Origin: Lingula anatina
Taxonomy: Eukaryota > Animalia > Brachiopoda
Reading direction: 5' to 3'
Length of the DNA: 64,000 bases
Assembly: GCA_051362555.1 (NCBI GenBank)
Contig: CM120641.1
Location: forward strand, 6,076,001 to 6,140,000
The notes beneath the pieces were generated by a model, which did not search any database, had not been told where the DNA came from, and saw only the letters and a list, made by a program, of their open reading frames with translations. This document shows, one piece after another, positions 38,351 to 51,377 of the stretch. The position numbers and the translations under genes are program-made. Each line of letters begins with the position of its first letter. Positions within the stretch are counted from its first letter, which is position 1.

Positions 38351-40534
38351 AATACCGAGGCTGATATGGTGTACATCATAGGTTGTACATACAGCACATG
38401 CAACACTGCCAAGATCGAAAGAGTAAAATACATTTAAGATGTGTAACTGCACACCATGAGAAAATGCTATTGCGCATGTGTGGAACGTTAAATGTAAAGG
38501 AAGCTAAGTTACTTCTGAAACGAGGCACCTAAATAAGTATGTGAGTCTCACGAAAGGTGCATGAAGCTCGATAAGATGACACGTAGATGCACATTGCTAG
38601 GAGATTCAAGTTAAAGTATTCTAAGCATTGCTCTAAAAACTAGCCAACAGAATATATAGGATGCTTCATGCCATCAAAGTTTCTTTAATGCAAATTTTTT
38701 TCCAATTATGAATTTGCAAATTTGCATAGATTTAAGAATTCCCAGACTAGGAAGTTCAGCATAACACCTGCATGTCTTTAGAGTCAAACTGTTTTTTTTT
38801 TTTTTTTTCATAATAAGACATGTTGATTTTGTTAGCATCTGAAAGCTTTTGGTGTGTGTTTGAAAAAAAAGGTGTATTCACTGTGAAGTTTCCTATTTTA
38901 CATCATAAACTTCAAAAGTTGATCACAGTTTTTTTTTAAATAAAAATCCTGGCAAAAAAGCCCTGGCTAAAGGTGGGTGATCACAGAGCTCTTCATAAGA
39001 AGATCCATGACTGGACTACAAAGTTGGTATTCAAAGAGGCCGCAGTTTTTCTTTTGTTTGTATGAATAGTCTCACAGGGCTGAATTGCAGTTTAAGAAAG
39101 TTGATTATATCACTGTCACGTCAAAATTCAGCCATGCATGAAAATTCAGGTGTGCCTAACTTTAAATTAAGTTTTAGGGATCATTTTCACAAGTTAAATA
39201 GAGGTGAACTTGAGAGTGTTGGCTATTCTTGATCACAGTTATTTGCAGTCTAGTTGGAAGTGCAGGATACTCTCCTCAGGTAATCTCTTACTTGGTTGAA
39301 AAGACCAATGAGTGAGTAAAAGGTAAAGGTAACATCATTAAGACCTTTCTGTCAGGTCTGTTAAATTGTCAGTGTAACATGCTAAGTGTCCTTGGATAGA
39401 TCACAGCATATCTGCATGCAGTATTTTATGGTGCTTTAAATGGCTTAATTTGTAGAAACATGGCATAAGTTTTCACTCTCTCTGTATGTCTGGTTGTTAA
39501 GTATGCAATATTTGTGGATACTTAATTGTTTGATTTAGTGGTAATGCCAGACAGATAAGAAAAACAATTTGATACCCTAATACATGTGATATATATATAT
39601 ATTCCTATTCTCTCAGTGGTATATAGTCTTTTGGTAAGACTGGAAGGTGAGAAGATGATGGGGTCAGACTGTTATGTTCACCTTCACAGCACGTAGTGAG
39701 TATTTATGTACGCCAGCCTTTGTACCTGATGCCTTTCTTTGCACCTAAATCTTAGCATACAATGCCAGAACCATGAATCCACTTTGCAATTCAAATGTAT
39801 TAGCAGTTGTATGTTGCTATATGTTGGTGTTTTGAAAACAGCCCTGGTCACATATACATGATTGTGCTATAAAGTCACTGTTGTTGAAGGACAAGGTTTT
39901 GTTAGGATTAACAATACTGTACAATCAGTGTTATATGTATATAAAACTATTGCTTTGATTTCATAGTGTACCAGTATGTGACTGTGTAATGTATAAGTAC
40001 AGGTGATCTTTAACGTTGTAAAACAGACAGGTTAAATATGTATAATACATTAACTTGCAGTAACTCTTCGATGACTGCAAGTGACAGATGATCTGCACTG
40101 GCACTAGGCCCCTGCTTCTATTAAAAAAATTTGTCAATGTTACTTTAATAAGCATAAATTTATTAAGATAAGCATGGATTTATTGTCTGGTTTTCTGATG
40201 ACTTCTGTTGATCTTTTTACAGTCTCAGAAAAGGCAACCTCAGTCATAGTGCACTAAAAGATCAGGATGTCCAATTGTTCTCCTCTGTCTGTCTGGCATT
40301 ACCATAATGTATTTTTGATTGATTCCACATTTTAATACCTGATAGGATAGGATGCAGTGAGCAATACTCATACAGACTAAAACAACCGGCAAATTGCTCC
40401 TGTTGATCTTTCAAGAGGAAGTGTAATGTATATATTTATTGCCTTGGCGTTGCAATTCAATTTAGAAAAATATTCACAATTTCATGAACAGGTGGTTACT
40501 GTTAACAGGTTAGGCAGATGATCAAGGTGATAAG

Positions 40535-40539
<5 letters not shown>

Positions 40540-40591
<52 letters not shown>
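40540..40591. repeat. (AT)n microsatellite
   Basis: Perfect AT run. Confidence 0.95.
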
Positions 40592-40595
<4 letters not shown>

Positions 40596-42571
40596 GCTCC
40601 TCTTTGTACATGGCATGAAACATGGCACATTTAAAATGAGTATAAGAAATGACCGTCCCTATGAAACAAACATATTATTTCACTGGACATGAATGTCTCT
40701 TGTCTCTAATAGACATGGGAAACCCTTATAGAAACCCAAGTAATACATTATACCAAACACTACAAAGGACTACATGTGAAGCAGCCAGCATGATTTATCA
40801 ATCTGTTTTATTGAAACGCTGTAAGTTACCCTGGAGCATGCATTGCAGCTGTAGTTTTAGATCAGCTCTCTGGTGTATGGATGAATCAGTTCTCTTTTGG
40901 GTAGTTTGTTCCGCTATTGCTTAATCCTTTTTTTTATAGCAACTGAACCTAGATACATGTTAAGAAATGGGCACTGCTGCTGAGTTAGTAAACACTGTTA
41001 CTGCTGCTACCCTTACTAAGTCCTATTAAGTATTTTGCAAAGAGGCAGTAAACATTTATAAAATGGGTAAAGTATTTCTTGTCAAGCATAGTTTTGTAGA
41101 CAGCTATAAAGCTCTTGTATGGTCATTCAGATTTGATGGCAAATGATAGCACAGTAAAAGACACTGAAAATGATGTCAACTTAAGCTGCTTGCATATGCA
41201 AAAGGTGAGATGGTGCAATAAAACATATTACGTATGCGGACTACAGTTTTTGTTGCCAATGACAATTGACAAGACTTTTAATCCTGAGTCACTGTTAGAA
41301 ATATATCAAAACTTGTTTGAAATCAGATTACAACAACATTGCAACATTGCGTTATCTGATATTGATTTTTTTTTTGAATTCTTTCAGCCATCATGCCTTA
41401 AGTACGTACAGTAGGCATAGATGACGAAATCTCTACCAGCCCAGTCTTACGTCATTCATTTTAATTTGACTTAGGTTTCAAAGTTCGCCGCTGTTACTAT
41501 GGGGAGGCCAGTGATAAATTTTTATTTCCTTGGAACTATATTATATAAGACTCGTTATCTCACTGTATGAATGCTAATGATCTGTTCATTCTAAGAATCG
41601 GGCCTATAATTTACCTATTATTTGCAAGCCAGGGAATGACTTATACCTGCCATTAAGGATCCTAACCTGCTCCATTTTCATACTTTCATCGTTTTTATTT
41701 TGTTAATTTATTATGTAACAAATGGAAGCAGAGGTATGCTGATTTACTGGGGAAATTCGGATTTTGTTTCCATGATCTAGATACAGAAAAGTAAGTAGGG
41801 GGATTACTGATATACGGTAAATAGGCTAATGTAAAGGAAAATTTACAGATAGCACTGAAATTTGATGAGATATATTTTTGGCTCTCTTGAAGCTAGCACA
41901 CTGATTTAATGAACAGGCTTTTCAAGGAATTTCAGACACTTTCCTGGGATTAACAATGAAAAATGCAATTGAGGCTAAGGATGTTTTGTATCATGTATAG
42001 GAGATTTTATTGGGAGATTCATTATGTGGATCACCAATACTCCTTAGTGTTGGTGATTTACATAACGGGATATAATATTTTTCAACGTTTAGATGAAACT
42101 AAATATCCCCAATATCACATTATTTTTTCCAATGCACAAATGAGGTAAGAGAAAAGATGTCCATTTTCATCTCTCAGTAATCTGTTAAGTAAGATGTCTC
42201 CTCACAAAGAACTGGTGGTTTCTTCCTCTTTGATCTTTATTGATCAGTTCTCCCAGAGGCGCATCAGTCATGAACTTTCTCGGCTCATGTACGGCTCATG
42301 TACGAGTTTGAAAACATTCAACTAATGAGTATCTGTTTGTTTTTCTTTTTAGGAGCATCAAGCAGAAGTGATGTAAGACAGCCAGATGCGATCAACTGAG
42401 GTGTTGCAATCAGTAAGACGTGACATCAGTACTGGAGTAAAAGTTTACTTTTGCTGGGGAAATCCATTAAAAAATTCTGTATGAACAGGAGATGGTTATG
42501 CAAGGAACACAGAAAACTGCATAGTACTTCAGAAGTGCATGTACATACCGTGTCTGTGATCGAAGTGTAAA

Positions 42572-44017
42572 ATGGAAGAAAGAGGAAACGATACAGATAG
42601 ATCAAGAGATGCATTACCTTTACATGATCTAGGAAATCAAGATACAGATGGTTTAAATAATAAAGTCAAGTTGGATGACTACAACACATACAACGAGTTA
42701 AAAGATCCGTACCAGCAGTTTGCTGCTCGCAGCCAGATTATGTCTCCAAACGGGCCTTTATTACACAGGGGGGCCAAAAGTTATTCCAAGCGAATGCGGC
42801 GTCGCCTTGTGTACAAGAATGGAGAGTGCAACATATCGCATACAAACATTAAGAAACTTCGAAGACGTTACTTGGCAGATATTTTTACCACACTGATTGA
42901 CATTAAATGGAGGTATAGTTTGATGATATTTGTCTTGGGGTTTGTATTATCATGGTTGGTGTTTGCAATGGTTTGGTGGTTGATTGCATTTTCTCATGGA
43001 GACATTGAAGCATACCAGAAAGGTGATAGCGACTGGAAACCATGTGTGAATGAAGTGTATTCATTCACAACTGCACTACTATTCTCAGTAGAGACCCAGC
43101 ACACCATTGGCTATGGTTCTCGCCATACTACAGCATCGTGCCCAGAGGCCATTATCGTTATGATGATGCAGTCATGTTTTGGGGTTATCGTACAAGCCAT
43201 GATGACTGGCATTGTATTTGCCAAATTGGCACGGCCTAAGAAACGAGCGGAAACACTCATGTTTAGCAAAAATGCTGTTATATGCAAACGTGATGGGCAG
43301 TTGTGCCTTCTGTTTCGTGTAGGGGACATGAGAAAATCGCACATCGTTGAAGCTCATGTGCGTGCAGCCATGATAAAAAAGAAACTATCCAAGGAGGGCG
43401 AAGTAATGCCTCTGCATCAGTTTGACATAAACCTTGGTTTTGATGCAGGTTTGGATAGATTATTCCTGGTCTGGCCTCTCATAGTCACCCATGTCATAGA
43501 TGAAAACAGCCCCTTTTGGAAAATATCTGCAGAAGACTTATACAGAGACAACTTTGAACTTATTGTCATTCTAGAGGGTATAGTGGAGTCCACAGGAATG
43601 ACAACACAAGCCAGGAGTTCATACCTGCCAGGAGAAATCCTATGGGGCCATCGCTTTGAACGCCTGGTGACATTCCAGAAGGAGAATGGCGAGTACCAGG
43701 TGGACTACTCACGCTTCCATAACACTGTTCCAGTGGATACTCCCACCTGTTCAGCTAAAGAGCTAGCAGAAATGGGTGATGAGGATGAAGAAGACACGGG
43801 TTATAATGGCTATATGGATGGAGATGACAGCTCTTCTACCAGTGAAGCCACTATAAGTTCCAGAACCAGCCATACACCTTTACCAAGTCCGTATATTCTT
43901 AAGAAAAATGGTTGTGTGCAAACCACTGATCATGACTTTGCTGATGACTTGGAGCCTATAGCCAGGATGGGTTCTATAAGAAGCTCTGGAGGCAATGATG
44001 AACCAGCTTTTTATTGA
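42572..44017 (+). CDS. Inward-rectifier potassium channel (Kir/KCNJ family, Kir2/GIRK-like), 481 aa, single coding exon
   Basis: RYLADIFTTLIDIKWR slide helix, two TM helices, ETQHTIGYG selectivity filter, ARPKKRAETL PIP2-binding linker, SHIVEAHVR, ILEGIVESTGMTTQARSSY and ILWGHRF. An in-frame TGA at 42557 fixes the start. An acceptor (ttttctttttag) at 42352 opens the exon. Confidence 0.97.
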   Translation: MEERGNDTDRSRDALPLHDLGNQDTDGLNNKVKLDDYNTYNELKDPYQQFAARSQIMSPNGPLLHRGAKSYSKRMRRRLVYKNGECNISHTNIKKLRRRYLADIFTTLIDIKWRYSLMIFVLGFVLSWLVFAMVWWLIAFSHGDIEAYQKGDSDWKPCVNEVYSFTTALLFSVETQHTIGYGSRHTTASCPEAIIVMMMQSCFGVIVQAMMTGIVFAKLARPKKRAETLMFSKNAVICKRDGQLCLLFRVGDMRKSHIVEAHVRAAMIKKKLSKEGEVMPLHQFDINLGFDAGLDRLFLVWPLIVTHVIDENSPFWKISAEDLYRDNFELIVILEGIVESTGMTTQARSSYLPGEILWGHRFERLVTFQKENGEYQVDYSRFHNTVPVDTPTCSAKELAEMGDEDEEDTGYNGYMDGDDSSSTSEATISSRTSHTPLPSPYILKKNGCVQTTDHDFADDLEPIARMGSIRSSGGNDEPAFY

Positions 44018-46187
44018 ACAGCAATAGGTATGTAATTTTTCCCCTTTTTTCAGTGATCTATAGAATTTTTATTGTTTTATTTATACAACAAATGGTCATG
44101 GTAATACCATAAATTTTGAAGAAGTCAGAAATCTTTTAGTAAAACCATCTTTTTCAGACCGATGTGTCTTACTCAGTTAAATTTTAAATGGTAGATAAAT
44201 TTTATGCTATCCTGTTCTGCAATTTACTATACATGAAGATTATATCTCTCTAGAGGAAAGCATTTCACTCCCAAGATCAGTTATTGAACCTTATCAATGT
44301 AATGAAGCAGTACTAATTCACCAACATCTTCCATGATGAGTATTCAAGACTTATGTCATGACACTCATTAAGACTAGTCAAAGATGGCTCCAAGCACATT
44401 GTTCTAAACAACAGAAAAATTGCCTTCATAATGGCAATGGGGTAAATGCCAGTCTGATTAAAACCTTCATTTAGATATGCATGTCATATTTGTTCAGTGT
44501 ATGAAGAATTCTTCCAGGAAAAGAATCAATTTAAGGTGTACATTGCTTGTTAGATCTTAACATAGCAAAAATAAGAATTTTCTGGGAAATTTCAGCTAAC
44601 TTCCCTTCATGATCAAGGTATGCCCTATCTGAAACTGTTGAGAAAATAAGCTCTATGAACCTGTATTTCTGTTCAAAATTTTTATTTTTTCTTTCACAAG
44701 GAAAATTTATTCAGTACTTATGTCAATAACAATAGCAACTTTAATACTAAGAACTAACAAGAAGGGGGTTTTGGATCATAAGTCAGTGAACAGTTTGGGA
44801 TATGGTATATCTTGTTGATGAAGATAATAGAGTTAAAATCTCCCAAATTAAAGTAAAAATCTATATAAATATCAAACGATCATTATGTGCCTTTAATGTG
44901 TACCAGAGAAGACTTGAATATTTGATGCTATTAAAAATTTTGGGACTTTTTTGAGAGAATGTTCCTATGACTGTTTTAAGAGAAATAAAATTGGATAGAA
45001 AACAACTTTAGTGACTGATCAAGAATTTTCAAAGATCATTTAAAATTCAATTTTTTTTTTGGAAAATTCTCACTAGAAATCAGTATGGTTAAAAAGCAGT
45101 ACAGTGATACAATGTTGTCTTCAGCTAGATTCAGAATGTCACAACAGTATTAATCCTTCTTCAGACATAAGTAGCATATAGAATTAGTGACCTGGATGTC
45201 GATGATTATTTCATATTTTCACTTTTCCTGAAACACTACCTGTCATTTTAATATCTTCGAAGTGTCCTGTTCAGTAATGTTGCAGTTGTCTGCAAATGAT
45301 AACACTTGACCACAGAGTGGCTGAGAAAAAGTGATGGAAAGTAAAATGGTAATGCTAAGTGTATATCTAGTCTAATAGACATACAGACAGATGTCAGAAG
45401 TTTTCCAAAATGCTAGGATTGTATTCTCTTTGGGGGGAGGGGGTGGGTGTCTTGACAATTGGGGCAATGGCAATGAGTTTTAAGAGTCTTATGTAAACTT
45501 TTCTCTGAATCAATGATATTGGGTTACAGAGCACATGCTGGATTAAAGAGTACAGAACACTGATACTCAGGGAGGACATTGAAGCCTAATGGCTTTGATA
45601 CCAGGTAGGGTCTTAAATAAAGTAGTTTTATTAGCCACAGACAAACATAGCTATTGTTTGTGGAATGAGGATTCCATGCCTTTCTCAATGAAACTGGAGT
45701 TAAAGCTTGCATGGCCTATATCCCAGTGGCTTTGGCTTTGATCCCCCTTGTGTGTAATTTCTGTACCTCTAAAGCAGGACTGAATATGAAAACAACTCAT
45801 TTGGGAGAAAACGGTTCTATATTGGCTTGGAAGTGTTGTTCCTAAGTGTTTAAGCCGGCATTGGAAAGATAGATTGGGCAATCGTCATTCAACTTGAGCA
45901 TGTATCATTTGCCGTTTATCAGCTGTAAAATATGTCTCCCTTTAAGTGTAGTTTATTCACTAGTGTTTTTGTCAGCTTCTGGCTTAGAGGTCATTTAAAG
46001 GACATCATTTGTGTTGGTGGAATATGTTTAATTTTCCATGATGCAAGGCTCGTTAAGTCTTACATTTGTTGTAAACCAGTCAGAAATTGTTATCAAATTC
46101 CTTATTTGTCATATGTTATTTCCCCCAAGGGTTTTAGGAAACATTATTCATTTGGCTTAATGTTTTTTCTTTCTTAGTATAACTACT

Positions 46188-46580
46188 TAGAGGTGAATGT
46201 CACTTTCTGGGGCCTAAAATAAAATAAAAAGATAATTTCTAGTCATATACGTATTTTTCTGCACATTTTGATCACTTCAGGGGATTAATAAAAAAAAAAA
46301 AAAAAAAAAAAACGGGGACATCAACCTGATGTTGTTGTCAGTGGTGCAAATGTAGATCTCCACCCACAGCAAAGCGTGCCAAATACCATTGACGTCTCTG
46401 CTCTAACAGGCATGATGAACAATTAAAGTTCATGTGAGATCTGTCAATACCTGTTTGATAACCCCCTGCTCCTCTCATTAACCCCTGAAGTGATCAAAAT
46501 GACATAAAATGACTGGAATTACCATTTCATTCAATTGTAGAGCCCTTTTTTAGGTCCCAGTATATGATATTTCCCTTCAA
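46188..46580. mobile_element. Fold-back DNA element downstream of the Kir CDS
   Basis: CTGGGGCCTAAAA / TTTTAGGTCCCAG and CATTTTGATCACTTCAGGGGATTAAT / ATTAACCCCTGAAGTGATCAAAATG inverted pairs. Confidence 0.65.
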
Positions 46581-49500
46581 ATGGCAATAATCAGCATTTG
46601 AAGTATGGATATCTCCCATATGTAAAATGTCTTCTTCTTTTGACTCTGTTCAGGAAATTGAATATTGTCTTTTTTTTATCAGGGCTTCTCATTCAGCGTG
46701 GGTCATGTCATTGATTTCTTGTGCTTTAAGAACTTGTACGTGTGTGTAGCATACAGCTATATTGGAGCTCTTTTTATAGACTTCAGCATATTTAATATTT
46801 GCACAGTGTCAATATCTCATAAGACTTGTTTTAATTCACTTTGCCAGTCTGATGATTTTGGCAGCCACTCCACACATGTATTGACAAATTACTTTTATTT
46901 GACATATGATCTATGTTTTCAATTATCCACCCCCTTCCCCTTCATGATGCACATCTGTTTTTGACATTTAGATCAAACATTTGCTAGCAATCATATCTGC
47001 TCATTATTCCAAGAACACTTTGTTGTTATTTAGATGTTTTTGCTTTCTAATAGTTAATATTTTAGAGGCCATATTTTTCTGCCATTCTTACTCAATCTAT
47101 GGAATTATATTGCGACGGGTTATTTTTAGTGTGATAAGGCTGACATTTACAGATTGCAAATATGGCTTAGTGCCTTGTAGGAGATGGCTACCCAAGCTAG
47201 AATAAGTATAAGAGGGAAAGCATAGGTGACTGAATAGGAACTTAATTGTTAGTGGATTTTATAGTATTTAGCCTTGAATAAATTGTTATTTTAGTCAAAA
47301 GGATGTATACTCAGGTGCAATCATTAAGTCTTAAAATAAGTGATCCGTGGAGAGTGATCTTTTGATTTGATAAGTTTGATATGTTTACAGTTGGTACATT
47401 AGTTTTCAAGTTTTGCAATCTATCTTGCTTGGTTGTGTAACTTGGGTTTACAAGATTACCAGTGGCAGCCTTTGAATTTTGCATATTGCAAGTGCTGGAA
47501 AATGTCATTAAAAAAAGAAGCAGCAGTGCATAGTGCAACCATGGTTTCCGCCTGTCCAAACATTAGCTGAGATAACAATGAAGCTCATTTTGTGAATGAT
47601 TTATGAGCATAATTCCCAACCAAAATGAAGGGCTTCTTTTTATAGTAAAAAGGCTCTGGAATAGCAAACAAACAGTCGTAGCATGAAGTTGTGTTGGCAT
47701 CAGCTTATAGAAAAAGATTTATGAATGTAGTCTGTGAATGTGAGCTGTTCTAAGGCAGACTGTTACACAAACGCTGTTACTCATAATGTTGCATTTATAC
47801 AATGGATTTGGCAACCACGGAGTGCAATCTATAAGAAAAGATAATATGCTTCAAGAAACTGAATTAGTAGTCATAGTTCTGTTTATGGGAAGATGAAAGA
47901 GATATATTCTTCTATCACATTTTCTTTTAAATTGTTGTCGGTTGCATCCCAAACTAACTAGTTAAGTCTACCGGTTATAAAAATTGTAAAGCAGCTACCA
48001 AATAATGCACAACACGCCACAAGCAATTTCCTGTGTATGTCCTCCATTCTCAATAGTTTTAAATGAGTTTTAAGGGAATACTTGTGCACAGCATTATGAA
48101 ATATATTGCCAAGGAGAACATGAGTCACTGCAAAGTTTTTTTACACACCTGTGTCGACATAAATCTAAGATAAAATCTTTTAGTGATTACGACTAGCAAA
48201 CCAGTTTTATTGCCAGACACAATTGATAAATAATGTTCTTGACATAATACAGCCATTTTGTGATTTCGCAATATATTATTATTGCTAAATGCCTGAGCAT
48301 ATATATATTTATTATTTTCAGGTATTTTACCATAGTTGTTTATTTGAGGCACAACAGTTGAGACTGCCGTTTTAGGACACATCACATAAACAGTTTGACA
48401 GGACAGGAGGGAGTTGGGTGTATCCCAGTAAACATTGCAAGCTGTACCATAGTAAGACGGGAGCTTGATTTGAACTTGAGGCCACAGAGGTCAAGACCCA
48501 CTGGCAGCCAGCCCTCTGCATAGTGTCATTGGTACATTCTTGATAATGTCCATGAACAAGATTCTTCCTACTGGCCACCTTTCTCCTTAAAGGTGCATTT
48601 CAGGTAACCAACTCTTTGGTGTTCAGGAGTACACTGCAATAGGAAGTTCAACTGAAACCCCTGCTAGATTTGTGTCTCTTTACAGATTTACTGACCATAT
48701 TACTTGCATAGGCTTCTTTATGAAACCATTCATAAAGAACTGTTATTTATAGAACTTGTTGTTTCAGATCCACACCATTTTTAAACAGAAAGCAGTGCAT
48801 TGATTGTTTGTCGGTCAGTAGTGATTCACAGAACATTAATAGCAATTGATTTATAGTTGTGTAACTGAAGTGGTCTGATGACCTTTTATAAATTGATTTA
48901 CATTAACAGCATCATGATATTAAATTTTTGCTCACAGCTACTTGTTTTGGTTTACAGTAAACTAGACTGTGCATCTAATAAAAGATCAATAGTTCCAAGG
49001 GTACCGTCAGATACTGAAATAAATATGTTGATTTGTAAACTGGTATTACTCATAGGATAAGACAAAATGTGGTCAGAGAGATGTATATGCCAGGGAATAA
49101 AAAATGCTGAGAAGTGAATTCATCATGAAAAGATGCACTGCAAAATTATGGGCACATATCTTCTTTTTGTTGTATTTTTGAGATCAAAGTAAAATTCAGA
49201 TTTGCTGGGCTATTAAAGTAACAGGTTTGCACATAACATGAAATAACAACATTTATTGTGTGATTAAAAGTGTGGAAATATTCTTAATTTTATAAATATT
49301 CTGGTAATCGTATGTATTAGATGTGATGTGGTATATATTGTTTTAAAGGTAAAGAATTATCTTTAATTGTATATTTTAGTGCTTTACAGCATATTGCACA
49401 GCGTATATGGTAATGGGAAATTGTGACACTTAGCATTTGCCACAGTATCAGATGAACAAAATTCCAGTGAATGCTGATATTTAAAGCACTGGATTGTAAA

Positions 49501-50439
49501 TTTTGCAGTGAACAACTTTACTTTAATTTGCTCTGAATGGATTTTTTCAGTGCCTTGAATTGTATGTGCCTAAAATGAAAAGAAGCCCAAATGTGTGTGT
49601 AAGTTTATTTAGTGCATGTGAAATGTTTAACACTGTTTTTGTGTTATTTACATGTTAGCATAATTTTGGGATTCAATTTTGAAAGGCAGGGAACATGATG
49701 AGAATTTACCTCTTCCAAAATCCTGTAATTAATCGTAAATACTAATGATGAATAGATGTGCTTATAGGACTGTTTGTTGAAATTGTGTTTTGTGATTTTA
49801 TAGTAATTTTAAAGTGAGTTTCTCTGTCATAAGTATCTCTTAGTAGGAATGATTAAGAATCAACATACTATAGATGTAAAACTTTAAGTCAAATAAATGC
49901 TAAATAGGATTAGTATAACAATCATGTATGAGCACTGTAAGCTAACATTGTGAAGATACATATAAGTCAACTAATGTAAAAACAGCATATACATTGTAAA
50001 AATATATTGTATAATATAGGGATTTTTTATTATGATCATAGGTAGTCATTATTAGCTTTATACACATCCTTTTATAATACAACAGATTTAAACTCACAAA
50101 TAAATAAATAATGGTGCTGCCATATTTGTGTTTGTTTCTTATGCTAATGTAATAATGCAAAATATAATTTAATGAAGTTTGAAATTAGCTGAGTATATTA
50201 AATTATATCAAAAGCAAAAGCATGCAGTATATCTTTCCTTAAAATATGCTGTAGTCTTTCCACAGAGAATACAGGAGTAAAAGCTATATAAAGGATTGTA
50301 ATCAGTTTGAATGACTAAGTACGTCTTAGAACTGGCTAAGTATTTGTCAGAATAGGTTATGAAACCCAACTGACTTCTGCAAAAATTTTTAATTAAATAT
50401 AACCACCCATAACATGCCACCCGGACTATTTCTACTTAC

Positions 50440-51290
50440 CCTTGAGGGTCTTGGCTACATCTGTTTCCTTGACTAAATTCAGTTAGATTAAGTAAAGCCT
50501 TATATAGTACCTAAAAGATAGGGATCCATTTCCATACATTCTTTGGTAAATTAAATTTGAAAGGGATGGACAGGATACATGTATTTTTTTAAATGTGCTA
50601 GAATCTAAAAAAGTTATTGAGTTACTTAATCTTATGGGTATAATTCAAGTCACTTACCACTGTCTTAAACCACTTACCACCGTTTTACGTAAATAACTTC
50701 ATATGCAGAGAATATGAAATGCCCCCTTTTTACAATCATATTTCAAATATAAAATTTGACTTTAATGTTCTTACATGCATTCCCCATGCCTATTTTATAA
50801 AAATATGTCTAAAATTGTTCAATATCTGGCTAAAATTCCATTGTACAACTCTTAGTGTTAAAAGGCAAAGGGGATTTTTAGAATGAAATACCCTTTGAAA
50901 CTGAAATTGATCTAGTTTCCTCTCATCCCTTTATCCAAAATATCATTGTCACCTTTACTTTCTTTGTGCATTCAAAACACTGAACCGTGTCTCCTAGTTC
51001 ATTTTTTCATATTTTGTTCAAACTAAACAAAATGACTTACCTGGCTTGAGGCATAATATTTTATTTGTAGTAAAGTCCAATGGGTCTTTTACTTCTCAAA
51101 TATTACCTTAAAAAAAAACATGTGTAAATTGTCTTATGGGACAAAGCTTAACATGTATCTCATAAACATATGTCTCGAAACAGGCATACCCTTCTAATCA
51201 TCGGCTAGAATAGATTTTAAAATTAGGGACTATTTAAGTGCAGTACGGGAAATCCGAGTCTCGTTTTGGGAATTAGCCTCGGTTTCGCGG
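50440..51290 (-). ncRNA. Putative spliced divergent non-coding transcript (or 5' UTR exons of an unseen gene)
   Basis: Minus-strand donors at 51189 (GTATGC), 51040 (CAG|GTAAGT) and 50439 (AGG|GTAAGT). Acceptors at 51107 (tgttttttttttaag) and 50511 (cctatcttttag). The spliced product has only tiny ORFs. Confidence 0.35.
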
Positions 51291-51350
51291 GGGTTCCCCA
51301 ATGCACAACCTTTCAACATGGTGGGCGTGTTGTTTTGCCTGCCTGTTTAG
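51240..51350. promoter_or_regulatory. CpG-retaining, likely bidirectional promoter of the FYVE-ARM gene
   Basis: Local cluster of CpGs within CpG-poor flanks, CCAAT at ~51298 and a YY1-like AACATGG, just upstream of ATG 51378. Confidence 0.5.
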
Positions 51351-51377
51351 AGTCATGAGAATAACCAAACTGCTATA

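Noticed and set aside
48440-48520. B-box-like GTTCAAATC on the minus strand (tRNA/SINE?)
   Set aside because: No cloverleaf or clear A box. At most a decayed SINE remnant that cannot be supported.
51034-51046. ACTTACCTGGC resembling the U1 snRNA 5' end
   Set aside because: No downstream U1 stem-loops or Sm site. It is simply the complement of a consensus splice donor.
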